Notes under the pieces: model-generated
What the model saw: only the letters and a program-made list of their open reading frames with translations
Database searches by the model: none
What the model was told of the DNA's origin: nothing
Program-made: the position numbers and the translations under genes
Shown: piece after piece, positions 37,286 to 50,890 of the stretch
Numbering within the stretch: the first letter of the stretch is position 1
Layout: every line of letters begins with the position of its first letter
Assembly (NCBI GenBank): GCA_013239625.1
Contig: MU054323.1
Coordinates: 14,245,950 to 14,309,949 of the forward strand
Source: Lama guanicoe
Lineage: Eukaryota
Direction: 5' to 3'
Length of the DNA: 64,000 nucleotides

Positions 37286-39848
37286 CAGGCCTCAAAATCA
37301 GTTTTCAACGTGTTAGAGAAAGTCATCATCCACGTCCTTCCTCTCCCCGTGTGGTTAGAATTGTACTTGCATAACACTACTACTTGTGAATTTCTATTCA
37401 CTTCTCAAAGTCCCCCCATTATGCTTCTACTCCACTCCTCTGGGAAGCCCAAAAGACTCCTCCTTGCTCAGATCTAGGAGCTCCATCCACTGTGCTGTCA
37501 TTACATCTTGTCCTTGACTCCATTACAGCAAATAATGTATTCCACTGTCTTGTTTTATCTAAATGCAAGTCTCCTTGGTATATTGTAACATTCTTGGAAA
37601 CAAATGCAATAACTTTTGTTTGTGACCTCTTAATCCCCACAATGTGTTTAATAGAGTGTAGGCACTCAGTGAATTAGTTTGAATTTTTAACACTGCTCCT
37701 AGTAATTTTTCTCACAAAAGCAGGAGAAAAATTAGTGGTTTGAATATTTTTTGACAAGTTAGAAGAGGTTGACTTATTCTTCTAAGGAGATAGAACATTT
37801 ACCAATTTGATATGTCAGGCCCTTATATTTATTTAAAATTTATTTTTATCTAGAAGAAATTTTGGCAGCTGTGTCACACCTGGATATGTCTACTTCCTTT
37901 GCCTTATGAGAAGTCCTCAAGTGGTATTATATATTTCCTTCTCTGATGGTGACTGTATTCCTGCCTTTAACCTGTGAATACACAGATCATACTATATTCC
38001 CTGAAGCATGAAACAGAGCTCCCTTGTTCATTATTTAGACTCATCATCTTTAAGAAGAGATTTATGCTTTTTAGAATCCATCAAATTAGTCTTGTTCATT
38101 GTCTTTCACTAAGTCATGTTCTCCTTGCTTATACAATTTTTATAACTTTGATTTATTTTGACCATATTAGCACTTTTCTCCCCTGAAAGTTTTGATTTAG
38201 TTAACTAAAAATGTACAATTGGAAAAGTCTTGTCTCTTAGGCGTTTGCTTCATCTATGGGAATTTGAAAGTTCTCCCTATAAGCTTCTCCAAAATTTATG
38301 TAACAAGACCAATTTCAGTTACTTTAACAAGAAGATATTTAAAATGCTTAAATGAATGTATGATATAATTCTGAAAAAAAATTGATTGAGTGATATGGTG
38401 CTCTGAGCAGATTTTCAGTCCATCTGTCTCTTGCTGCCTTTGCTGCAGAATTGTCAAACTGACCTTGATCTCCAGACTGCGTCCAAAAAGGACACCAGAG
38501 AGGTTGGCATTCTGTAATGTGGTATTCAGTCTACCATCTCTTAGCCACAGCTCCTACACTGTCTGTATCTGGGGCAGTTGTACAGGTTTTAGAGGCTGAT
38601 GTTCAGGATGTTCCTCAAGGCCAGTGACTTATTGGTCCAAGTTCCAACAGTTAATAAAAAAAGAGGTGAAACATGCTATTGCCTGAACGGTAAACAAAGT
38701 ATGGGATTTACAGCTACCACTTCTAAACTTAGTTGCCTTTCCAAGTAAGCCTACAGAGAAGAGGATTAAGAATAGCAGAATACATATAAAGCTCCCCAAA
38801 ATTTGCTTTTGTATATTTTTCTTTTTCTAATCTCATCAAATACTGATAACCAAAACCCAAAGCTGAGTCCTTTCTTCTATGCTGCTCCTTTGGTACAGAA
38901 CAGTAGATGTTAAGGAGTGTGTGTATGTACACGTGTGAGTATGTGTGTACTTACACGTGCAGACCTTGCTGACTACTATATTACCCTTCCCCTTTTGCTC
39001 AAGCAGGGAAACCTGTTTCAGAAGTTATGAATCATAATCCTTCAAACAGGAGCACATACATAAATCATGCCCTTTAGTTCCTTCCATATCTACAGTCCTT
39101 GGCCTCTTCGTGCCTTTAGAAAACCTTTCATGGAAACTCCCAAAGAATTTTTTTTTCCATGCAGCTGCTGGTAGCTCTCATGAGCTCCTGAAAATGCGTG
39201 AGTTTGAAATTTCCTAGTACTCCCTTTTATGTACCTAGAGCAGCATTCCAAGAATTAGTCTATTGCTGACCACTTTCTTTTACAACTTATACACAAAGAG
39301 AATCTAACAGAATTCAGCTGTCCTTTCTCTCAACTGCTTTATGGGACAGAGCAAGAAAAAAGGTAGATATGTAATCATTTCACATATTGCTTTGCACACT
39401 TCTGGATTACAGTTTTACTTGGGAAAATGGGGACAAAGCACAAAAAGAGGAAAAGGAGAACAAAGGAAGTAAAAAGTGAGGGGAGCCATGGAGGATATGT
39501 GAATAACATCAAATTGGAAGTAGGTCCAATAAGAGCCAATCATGAGAATCTAATGTGAGGATACAATTTATTTGATTTAGAGTGTTTCTATCTTTCAAAT
39601 AAATGTGAAAAGGATTAAATTTGATACATTTATGATAACTGCAATGAGGACACAGCCAGTCTTAGTCATTACATCCCTAGATACTAGAATGAGGGACTAA
39701 GGCTTGATGTTTCCAAGAAGAAGATTTGGAGAAGATAAAAGGATGATCAAAATTAGTCTGTTGGTATTTAATAAACATTGAGTGGTTAAAAACTAAAATA
39801 AATCAGAATAGACTTTAGAACTATTTAGAAAAAAGTAATGATCTATAC

Positions 39849-40360
39849 TGTTATGGTTTGGATTGTGTCCACCCAAAAAATATGTTAAAGTCCTAATCCC
39901 TGGCACCCGTGAACGTGGCCATATTTGGGAGCTGGGTCTTTGCAGATATAACCAATGTAAGATCTGTTTATGCTAATGACAGTGAGCCCTAATCTAATGA
40001 CTGGTATCCTTAAGAGCCAAGGAAATTTGGATAGCACACTTAGAGAGGAAAAGCTCATGTGGAGAAACAGAAAGATTCATGCACGGGAAGAAAATGATAT
40101 AAAGACACACAGAAAGTAGCCATGTGTTGATGGAGGTAGAAACTGGAGTGATGTGTCTACAAACCAAGGAATGCGAAGGATTGCCAGCAACAGTGAGAGG
40201 CTAGGAAGAGGCAAGGAAGAATCATCCCCTAGAGTCTTCAGAGAAAACCTGGACACTGCTGACACCTTGATTTTGGACTGCTAGCTTTCAGAACTGTGAT
40301 ACATTGTTATTTTAAGCCATTGGTGGTAATTTGCTACAGCAGACCTAGGAAACTAATGCA
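39849..40360 (+). mobile_element. MaLR solo LTR (MLT1B/C-like)
   Basis: 'tgttatggtttggattgtgtcc...ggtctttgcagat...ctacaaaccaaggaatgc...gacctaggaaactaatgca'. Confidence 0.9.
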
Positions 40361-41340
40361 CGTAGAATATATTTAGAAAATTTAGGTACACCTGTGATTT
40401 AGATGCAATCTCAAAATTGAGGTCATAAAAATGACATATTTTTATGTTATAAAACATGGTGCCTTTCTGAAAGACCAAGTAATAGGTCATTGAATGATCT
40501 GAGCATTGTATACATTAATATTTTTGCTTTTTGATATGTAACCAAGATGGGATAACTGGAGAAAAATGATAGAGACTGTAATTAGAAAAGAGGATAGAGG
40601 AAGGAGATGGCTTGGGAAGCAGGAAGCTTGAAAGGAGTGAGATACAGAGCTTGGGGAGGGAGAAGATGCATATGAGAAATCAGTTGTTGACTGTCATTAG
40701 TGTTCATTTTGCTTGTTTTTCTGTATTTTTAAATCATCCATTTATACCTTAGGGAGAGAGATACTATCCTTTTATTAAGCCTCAGTTCCATGCTGCCCCA
40801 CCACCCCCCCCTTGAAGGAGATAACCAGGGCAAATTCTTTATTCCAGGCAAGGGGGGCTCTGGATCTGGGAGAATGACAAAGGAATGTAACTTCTTTAAG
40901 TAGATTACTGAAGTCATTGTTTGAAGAATCTTCTCACTTTTTGGAAGCTTCTCAGGACAGTTTTACTTAACCTGAAAGTTAAAACCAATTAAAACAAGTT
41001 GCTTGAATTACTACTATAGTTATTTATTCCCTTGTTCCTCACAAGTTTCTAAGAATGCATTTAGAACTCACCCCTTGAACTACTTTATGTAAGTAGCTAT
41101 TTCCGGCAGCTGATCTGTGGAGAGTAGAAAGAGGAAAACTGTTGGATGCTGAAAAGACATTTGATTCAAAGCAGAGGTGTGAGTATTTGTATTTTTGAAT
41201 ATTCCTTAGAGGTTAAAAAGTGGACTAGACAGGAAGATTCTTCCTTATACACTTAGTCTCTACTGTTTATTGAGAAGGCCCCAGGGGAATTTTAGGCCTA
41301 CGTCCTCCTTCATAGACTCCAAAGGTCTTCTGTTCACTTT

Positions 41341-41400
41341 TTTTTTTCCCTTTCTCTTCAACATATATCATGTTTTATATGTGGAATCTAAAAAGTAATA
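41341..41400. mobile_element. 60-bp L1-type insertion with 14-bp TSD and internal inversion
   Basis: cttctgttcacttt at 41327-41340 and 41401-41414; poly(T) at left; plus-strand L1 segment 'ttatatgtggaatctaaaaa' at right. Confidence 0.8.
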
Positions 41401-42273
41401 CTTCTGTTCACTTTAAATCAGGAATGAGATCTCTGCCAAGAATGACTAACAAGACCACAAAGGGAATCAGAATGACCAGCGGTCATTCAAAGCCCATTCT
41501 CTTTGCCACCATAAGAATTCTCTTGAAAATACTGGCAAGTGTGTCTTCAGAGGCAAGTGGTCATCACTTCTTGATTTCTCTCTCTTGGCCTGTATTTTTT
41601 CAAAGATTGCTGAGCCGTCTCCTAGTCTGACTACAATTATAGTGAGGCTTTTCAGTAAACGCTTGGAGGCTAAAATTTAGAAGCCTCAATAAATGAGTAT
41701 TTTTTTAGATAGATTTTTAGTCACATCTAGCCATGGTTTCTAATACATTTTTCTTTTATGACTGTACATCCCATGGTCTTTCTTCTTTGAAGATATGAAA
41801 CACCTTCTGTGTCAGGGCTGCATACATCCTGACCTTCTCTGTCCAACACACTTCTCATCTGATCTTCTACTCACCCTTCAGGCAATACTGTCTTCCCTGT
41901 CATTGTCCCCAACCCCGCAAAATTATAACTCTTATGTGCGTTGGACTATTTTACATGCTATTTCTAAAATGAATAAGTACTCCTTTGTGTAATTGTGTGT
42001 TTAATATATTTCTTCCCCACAAGCATATATGTCCATGACACAAGGACTCAGGGTCTCATCTAATTCTGGCTTGCTGTCTAATGTCAGAACCTTTGTAGGC
42101 AATTGGTAATGCTGAAGACAGCATGATCTCATCTTAGTGGGACCCCCACAGAGATCTCTAGTTTGGAGATGATTCATTGCAGTTTAGGGGCTCAACTTTG
42201 TAGGACCTCGTACTGTCAGTGGGTGCAGGGATGATGGGCGGGTGCATTACAATGCAGTCTACAAGTTCTGGAC

Positions 42274-42487
42274 CAGGGCCAACAGATTTCCCAAAAGGGC
42301 CAGGTAGTAAATACATTAGGTTTTATAGGCCTTTCAGTCTCGGTTACAATTACTCAACTCCACCTTTGTAGTGTGAAAACAGCCACAGTTAAAACAAAAT
42401 GAACAAATATGGCTTTGCTCTAATGAAGCTTTTTACAAAACAGGCAGGGACAGATATGATCTGTGAGCCACAGTTGTCCAACCCATG
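42274..42487 (+). mobile_element. hAT-Charlie MITE (MER58A-like)
   Basis: 'aagggccaggtagtaaatacattaggtttt...tactcaactc...gtgaaaacagcca'; 8-bp TSD ttctggac/ttctagat. Confidence 0.9.
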
Positions 42488-45249
42488 TTCTAGATAGTAA
42501 TTTCTTAACTAAAGATTTTATAACCTGACAAGGACTACAGATAGCTGTGCCTGTTCTGATCTACTCTTGTTCTTTGTATAACTGCATCTCACAGCTAGGT
42601 TACTGAAAAAGAATACAGACATTCATTTGTGTGGGAGGAATGCCGTGATGACCCTTCTATCAACTTTATTCATAGTAACTCAACAGTTTGTTTCAGAGAG
42701 TTGCATAACTCTAATATAATTTGGCACATGTTACTGCAAAACAGCCTTGATAAGTTTTCATCAAGTCTTGATTTTTTATTCTATTTCTTTTCATGTTAGA
42801 TCCCATGCTATTCACTGCTTTCCTGTACAGATCATCTGTTGTTGCTTATTCCAAGTGTTAGGTAGAATTTATAGGACTGATAAGAAATAATTTTTGATAG
42901 ATATGGAATCAAACAGAGTCATTCAAAACCATTTACATTCCCTATAAATTATAGCTGAGTGGCTAAAGTTAAAGAAATGCTCCCATCTCCATGAATGACC
43001 TCCATCTCCTACTCAGTCAGCTGTGTACATTGTGGATGTTTTGAGCCAAGCTCCAACATCACTTACAGAGCTGATATTTCAGACTAATACGAACGCTGAC
43101 CAGTTGCACTCACAAAGTGCCCACAACACATGCATTATCAAGGGAAATTAATTGTTAGCAATGAATTCAACATTCAGCCTTTAACATTTTTATTCTACCA
43201 GGGAGGCCAGAGAATAAATCTGTTCCTTCAGACAGGCTATTATTAATCTCTGGCTTTCACAAACGGCAAACAGCCACTGAATCCAGCTGACAACACATAT
43301 TCATTTAAAGACTAATAAGGGGAATTAGTTTAATATTAGTTTAAATGTATTCGTCATCATGTGTAAGTTTTTCCAGAGCTATTGCATGAATTGGATTGGA
43401 GTATGGGGAACCAATTAAATTGTTCTAATTGTTATCTAAAGTGGAGGCATTGAGAACAATTTCCAAAATACATTCCAGCAATCATTCCAGCTTTATTTGG
43501 GGAAAAATATAATCTTTCAATAGATGTTATTTAACTTTTTGCTAAAGAAATCCTTTAAAACCTTTTAGTCTTTTGTGTGACCAGATTCAGAGATGTCCCT
43601 TTATTAACTTTGTGTTTATATTAGGATTTGACTGTAATGGGCCCAAATGCATGAAGGAAGGCTAGAAATAGGAAGCAGGCTTCAAAAGCAGAAGTTAAGA
43701 ACATACAATGGAGGAGCAATTCTAGGGAGCTTGTCCTTTACACTCCAGTTTCATCACTCAGGGAAGATGCTCCCCTTGCTCTGTCTCTTTTCAGTCATAG
43801 CAAGATTTTTGTCAGTATGTCTTAAATGATTGTGCAGACTTAAAATAATCCATTTTATAGTATAATTTTGAGTCTCTTAAAGAGTAAAAAGGGATTTAAA
43901 CCAAAGGTATACTATCTCAAATTTCATATCTACATAGTATCTATCTACAAAGCCCTCTTAGGAATCCCATTATATTTTTAGAGTTTTTATTGATATGTGC
44001 ATTGTAATATTTCTCTGGTTGATTTGCAGAAATGATCATTGCTTCACAGTTGTGGCATCTGATTTACCTCAAGTCTAGCTGAGCATCTTCCCCAAGTTCT
44101 AACCTTACTTTCACAGTATTATGGGAAAGTCATTGAAGAGTTCATGCTCCAAGGGCAGTTTTGAAATTGACTTCACCCTTATGATGTCTGTGACATGGAA
44201 GGTGCAGTTTAAGGGCATTTACAGTTTGCCATCAGGAGAAGTATCTGGCCATTTCACATCTGGCCATTTCTAAGATGCAGACAGTTAGACTTGTGTTCAC
44301 AAGTGGTAAGATCTGGGTAAAGTTCAATTATTTCTGAATTTCTGTGTTCCTATTGCATGCAGGGACTGCAAAGTGCTAGAAAAATAGGCATCTTGCTCTT
44401 AATAAGGAGTGTAGTAACAGCACAAAAGGGCTATGATATGAGATTCTCCATCTGATGTTGTTTTTCACAGATTCATCTCTAATAATTCAGTATAGCTTTA
44501 TTAAATATTATTTTGCTTTCCTGAGAGTTAACCTACTGCATCTCTGTGAGATTCACCAGTTTACATAAATTCAACTAATATCTACTGGGCCTTGTTATAT
44601 TTGTTTGTTTACGTGTATACAAACAGAAAATGCAAGTTCAGTTAAAATTTCGTTTTTACTATGTATTTGAATTTGCCTTTTGTTTGTGAGGAAATAAAAT
44701 AGCCAGAAAGTTTAGTATGTCAGAGAGCAGATCAGCCTTGTGTATATGGTCCTGACTTTTCCACACATTTCCATGGGCATCATGCTTTTTTGTGGTTTTA
44801 GCACTCCACAGCTTTAACTTTATCCACATTTCCCCCAAGCAGTTCATTATATTTTCATAACTTCATGAATGTGGAGGGGCTGATTTCTGACAATAATGTG
44901 CTTTTCTTCTCCTCTCTTTCTCCTATTCATCCTTTAAAATTCAGATTTAATGTCACTTCCTGTTAGTAGTGATCTCTGCTCTGGCTAAGTAAGGGACCCT
45001 TTCTTTGTTCCTCATTATGTCCTATGCTTATGCTTTTCACAGCATCTATTTTTACCATATTTAAACATATTTTTATTTCTCTGCACTTGAGTATGATTTC
45101 TTTGAGGGTAGATACTGTATTGTTTTATTTCCAGATACCCAGTGAGTAGTATGTAGTAAACTTTTATTTTATAGATGGCTTAAGGAGTTCACCAGAAGAC
45201 TGTTTAGTTGCAGGGAAAAAATTGCCCAGGGAAATAATGCTTTCTCTTG

Positions 45250-45885
45250 ACTGTGTAAACCTAGTGGGACATTTTTGTCCTAGGATGATAATAAGTATTT
45301 CTTCCAGCATATGGATGAGACCTCAGGCTCTCCCAGAAGCATGAGTCTTTTACATGAGACTCAGTCTGTCCCATGGCTTCTCATGCTGGGATCTCATGCA
45401 GTAAAAGATTAACTCATCAAGTCTGGGCGTCCACACTTTGCACATTCCATAGAAGTGTTTAGCTTTGGCTTGCTCTTGAAAGGTAACTTCTGAGGCCTTG
45501 GGATATCCTCTCTGATGAGAGTGTCTTTGTTCCTGTGGGGGTCTTGGATCACGCAGAATCAGCTTGGACCTCTGAAAGGGCTGGAGACTCAAATCAGCCC
45601 TGCTTTTGTGAAGGTCCACACCAAGGCTCAGGTGAACTTTCTTGGTTGGCAGTGCTCTATGCATAATGTCACATACTGCTGCTGGAGGAAATAAGTGTTG
45701 CACATTTGACTCCAGTGTGAGAAAAATTGGAAGCTTATAACTAGTGTTTCCTGAAACATGCCGTATGTGTCTTTCCCTTTTGCTATAATAAACTGTAACT
45801 GTGGATATAATAGGTTTCTTGAGCTCTGTGAGTCCCTTGAGCAAATCAGTGAACCTAAGTGAGGTCTTTTGGACCATCAAACACA
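45250..45885 (+). mobile_element. ERVL-class LTR (MER21-like)
   Basis: 3' end 'aataaactgtaactgtggatataatag...ctgtgagtcccttgagcaaatcagtgaacct...ggaccatcaaacaca'; 5' boundary uncertain. Confidence 0.7.
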
Positions 45886-46299
45886 TAATCTGAAGAATTA
45901 AGAACAATATAGAGAAATTTCTGAACATCTATGGTTATCTTATTTTAAAGTGCCTATTACCTTTGTATGAATAGGTCAAGTTTTGGAAATTGTATTGTAT
46001 GGCTTCAATTTAACATTTCCTTAACCTAACCTGTTGAATTTTCTGGACTTTTGATGGTAACATATGTGAACTTGACACTGAACTCCACTTTTAGGATAAA
46101 TGGTGAATCTCAATGTATATTAACTCAAACTAAAATCTGCTGTCTTATTTGGGATAGATTAGACTAGAACCTAATTAGATTCTGAGAGTTCATTACATTC
46201 TCTGTGGTGGCCTTAGAGATCAAAATATTTCCTGAAATTTACTTTACTATAAATAATTACTTACTTGGATTCTGTTTAGGGATAAACTTATAATGTAGA

Positions 46300-47665
46300 A
46301 AGATAAAATTTATATTTCAATAATAACACTTGGAGGGGAGAAAGTTGTAGAGTTAATAGAAAGAAAAAGTTTGTATGCTATTGAAATTAAGTTGGTATTA
46401 ACATGAACAAGATTGTTTTAAGTCAATATGCAAAATAGAATTCCTAGGATAACTACTAGGAAGTAATCCAAAAATAAAAAGTAAAGAAAAAACAAGAGAA
46501 TAAGAATGGTGTACTAGAAACTTTCTATTTAAAACAAAAGAAAGAAGTAATGGAGGAATAGGGACATTCCTGTTCCTAGAGATTAGGGGAAAAAAGTCAT
46601 AAAATTTTTTAAAAACACATAGCAACTTGGCATACATAAATTCTACTCTATCAGTAATGGTAATTAAAGTGAACGAATTAAACAGTAATCAAAAGGCAGA
46701 GATTTGAAGAACAGATAAAAAGCATAAGATCTGACAATACACTATATATACATGAGAAAAAAATTTTAGTCTCAAAGATGCAAATATGTTCAAAGAGAAA
46801 GGATGGAAAAAGTGCCCCAGAGAGATCTGGACTGGCTACACTAATATCACACACAAAAATAGAATTTAACCACAAAGATTATCACAGGAGTCAAAGAAGC
46901 AAGTTAAACAGATTAATTCATCTTGAAGATATAATTACTATGAAATTACATGCACCAAACAAAAGAACTCCAAAATATATGTAGCAGAAAGGAACAAAAT
47001 TGAAAAGAGAAATACTGTACAGTTGGAGGCTTCAATACTTCATTTTTAAGAATGTGTAGGGCAATTAGGCAGAAAATTAATAAGGAAATAGAGGACATAA
47101 CACTATAAACCAAATAGACTTAATAGATATCTATAGAACACATAATCCAACAATAGCTGATACACATTCTTCTCAACTGCATACGGTCCATTTTGTAGTA
47201 TTGACCATACATTAGGTTATAAAATACACCTTAATAAATTTTAAAATGATAGAAATTGTACAAAATACTATCCTATCCTAGCAGAATAAAATTAAAAATT
47301 AATAATAAATGAAATTTTGATTTTTTTAAGTTATGGAAGTTAAAAATAGTCTCCTAAATATCTAATGGGCAAAGGAAAAAAGGGAAATTGGAAAATACTT
47401 TGATATAAATGAAAACAGAAAAAAACATGCCAACACTTAGGGAATGCAGCTAAAGCTGTGTTGAGAGAGAGATTATTGCTGTAAACTTCTATTTTTTGAA
47501 AAGAAGAAGGATCTCACAGCAATACAAAAGCCTTAAATTTAATGAGAACAACAAAATAAGAAGAAGGAGATACTAAACCTAAAGCAAGCATATAGGAGGA
47601 AATAATAAAGATTAGAGTAGAAATAAATGAGATGAAGAATTAGGGGAAAAAATGGGGGAAATCAG
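46300..47665 (+). mobile_element. Old L1M inter-ORF region and ORF2 endonuclease remnant
   Basis: EDIITMKLHAPNKRTPKYM resembles EDITILNIYAPNTGAPRFI; 'acattcttctcaactgcatacggtccatttt...attgaccatac' resembles TFFSSAHGTFSRIDH. Confidence 0.85.
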
Positions 47666-47829
47666 TCAGAAGTCCAAAGTTTCAAATCCAGAATTCCTTT
47701 CCAGTTTCTACAGGAAGGGGAGCCCTTGGAGGAGGAGGGTCCTCTACAATGTTCATGTCTTGAATGTTGTTCCAGCCGTACCATTTGTCTAGTGTCATTC
47801 CCTTGAATAACTCGATTCAATTACTCTAT

Positions 47830-48045
47830 TTATTTATTTTTATTACAGGATAGTTGACAAATAAAATTTAAAGATATTTAAAGTGTACAGCATGATTTGA
47901 TAATACATATACATTGTGAAAGGATTCTCCCACATTGAATTAATTAACACATCCATCACCTCACATATTTACCTTTTTTTTTTTTTGCAAGGGAGGAGAG
48001 AGTGATGATAACATTTAAGTTCTGCTCTCCTAGCAAATTTCAGTG
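47830..48045 (-). mobile_element. L1MA8/9-like 3' end
   Basis: 'ataatacatatacattgtgaaagg...taattaacacatccatcacctcacatatttacc...tagcaaatttca'. Confidence 0.85.
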
Positions 48046-48874
48046 ACTGTCCTTTTATATCATCACAATCCACAATGTTAAAAAGTTATATACTAACTCT
48101 GTAAGATCAAGTACTGTGATTTTTGGCAGGGCAGAGAGTCAGAAGATACAGATTCTAGGTAAGTTACCAGCAGCATAGAAAGTGGTGTTTTTTTAGATGT
48201 TCCATATATTTCCTTTTACTTCTTAAACTTCTTATAGTAAGATGGCTTGATTGTTGCAGCCAAAGAAGTGTGAATGAAAGTCAGTGTGCCATTTTAGGGA
48301 TAATTTTTTTAAAAAGCTTATACACTCCACATAGTTCTCACTTCCTCTTTCTTGATGTCCTTGGAATATATTTTTTAGATGTTTGGAACTTGAACCTCTG
48401 AACCACAGCCTGGTAGGGGAATAGAATGACTCTCACTAGACTTTTCATAGGCAAGAAAGAAACCTTTCTTGCACTAAAATGCCACAATCTAAGAAGAAAT
48501 ATGTCAACAAGTGATATTAACAGTTTAATCTACAAAAAAATAGAACCTTAAACAATGTAGACAGAGTATTATAAAACAGATTATTGAGCTAACAAAGAAA
48601 GAATCCCTTTTATCAATATTGTATCATTTGATTTCTATAAAGACTTTAACAATATATTTATGAATATTTCTAGAATATTGGCTTTAGAATATGTTGGAGA
48701 TCTTTTTCCCTCCAATTCTCATGTAGAGTCCTCTGGTTAGTCACTGATTAGCAGAATCTTCATTTATAAACTTGTTAGAAATCCAGATTTTAGAAGATGA
48801 AGATCTCTTATTTTCATCCAGTAAGCCCCTAAATATGAGAGAAACAGAGAGAAAGGGGGAAAGAGAAAAGAACT

Positions 48875-49685
48875 GACATTCTTCCAGTTGCTCATGTAAA
48901 AACCTTGGAGTCATCCTTGACCCTTGTGTGACTCTCACACTCTATATCCAATCCCTCAGAGTGTAACTTTCAGATTATATTCAAAATTTAACTACTTCTC
49001 ATCACATTCATTGCTTCTATCCTGGGACAAGGGACCCTTCATCTTTTACCAGGATGAATAAAAAGCTTTAAAACTGATCTACCCACTTCTCTACTTTTCT
49101 CCCTTCTATTTATTCTCAAAATACCAACCTGAGTTGAGTCACTTGTCTAATCAATATCATTCAGGCATGTCATCTCCATCAGAGTAAAAGTCAAAGCCTT
49201 GACAAAGACCCACAAGACTATACGCAATATTCCCCCCCCCCCCATCTCCCACTGTTCCACCCTCATATCCCTCTACTTGAGTCAAGGCTTCCTCCTGTTC
49301 TAGGAGTAGGTCAGGCATGCTTTCATCTTAGTGTTTTTGTATTTGCCGTTTCTTCTTCTTAGAATGCTTGTCTTCAATTGTCCACATAGCTAGCTCTCTC
49401 CTGTCCTGCAATATCGCCTTTTCATGAGATTGTCCTGGTCAGGCCATCATGTTATTCCAAATGCAACCCTTCCTATCCCTCTTCTCTCTGTTACTTTTCG
49501 CCTTCCTTTCTGCTATCTCCTTTTTTCCCCCCCACTATCTAATGTACTATACATCTCACTTATTCATCTTCTTTATTTGCAGTTTCTCCCACTATAGAGT
49601 ATGCCCCATGGGGCAAGGATTTTTGTCTGTATGCCTAGAACAGTGCTTGAATGTTCAATAAATATTAGTACTTCTGAGTGACAGA
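48875..49685 (+). mobile_element. LINE-2 3' region
   Basis: 'aaaaaccttggagtcatccttgac', 'agagtaaaagtcaaagcctt', ending 'cctagaacagtgcttg...tcaataaatatt'. Confidence 0.85.
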
Positions 49686-49699
49686 TGCAGAATTGGACT

Positions 49700-49860
49700 G
49701 TTTACACATGTTTTCACTTAATCTGCATAATGATCCTATTATATAGATGCTTTTGTTTCCTTTCTTTTTAGATGAAGACACTGGAACTGAGAGAGGTTAA
49801 AATATGTGAAAATAGGTCTTTCTGACTTCAAAGCCATAGATCTTGATTATACCTCAGTTA
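49700..49860 (-). mobile_element. MIR SINE
   Basis: 'ttttagatgaagacactgga...gagaggttaa...tctgacttcaaagcc'. Confidence 0.7.
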
Positions 49861-50784
49861 CTTTTACTTGGGAAAGTAAGTGTTATGTGACAGGTCCTTG
49901 AGGCTTTATTTCCTTTTTATCTGGGACTCTATTCAGTCTTCCTTGTACTCTCTGACTTTTCATGTTAACACAGCAAAGACAACCCATTGTGAAACCTGGC
50001 TTAGCCACACTGTCACCCTCTTCTCTGAAATCGCACTAGTTGGAGTAGAGCTGTCAGCCTTTTGTGAACATAGCAAGCCTCTCAGTGAAGTAAAAGGCCA
50101 ATGACATGGTGCACCTTGTAAAAGCTATCTTAGTGGAAAAGAACATGCATCAGTGTTCACGTCATGAAGAGAAATGTCACCAGATGCATATAATTTTGAA
50201 ATTCGTACCTGTATTTTTTATAAATGCTACTTGAGTTAACAGTTCTGAGACAATAAAAGAAAGATACAATCATTTTGTTCGGTTCAGCTTCTTGAAATGA
50301 ATAAAAAATATTCTTTATAAAGGTGAATATCAGGTAAGTAATTGCTGGAAAAATAAATAAGCATATTGATCCAATCAAATGAGACCATTCAAAATGAGTG
50401 TAGTCCAGATTATGTAATACTTAGAATAAGTCAAATTCTCAGTCCTTTTGAGGTTATGGTTTTATAATAGCTGACTACTGATGGCAAAAAAGTCAAGGGC
50501 AGAAAAGATAAAGTTTGAATAAAAAGTGAAACCAAATTAATTGCTAGAAGTTGATTCATTAGGCAAATTATAGTAGAGAGAACAAGACAGTGCCATCATT
50601 AAACAGGAAGCTTTGCCTCCTGCATCAGTCCGAGATTGATATGAACGAGTGTATGTGAGAATTCAGGATGAAAGAGCAATAAGATGAAAGGGTCTTTTAA
50701 TCCTTAGTTTGACTTTCAATTTGTTAATCTTCTAATGAACAGTAATAAATTCCATTTAAAAACTATTAATGAAAGTTATCAAAA

Positions 50785-50890
50785 CATATATGTGTATCTT
50801 TATGTTTTGATATATGTGTGTGTATATATACACATACATGTAAATATACATATATAAATATGTGTGTGTGTGTGTGTATACATGCACACA
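50785..50890. repeat. Compound (TA/TG/CA)n low-complexity repeat
   Basis: Direct reading. Confidence 0.9.

Noticed and set aside
45350..45928. 192-aa minus-strand ORF
   Set aside because: It lies antisense across a MER21-like LTR and has no recognisable domain; likely chance
50242..50339. Exon ending at a perfect CAG/GTAAGT donor
   Set aside because: Stops in all three frames and a weak polypyrimidine tract; at most non-coding, and unsupported
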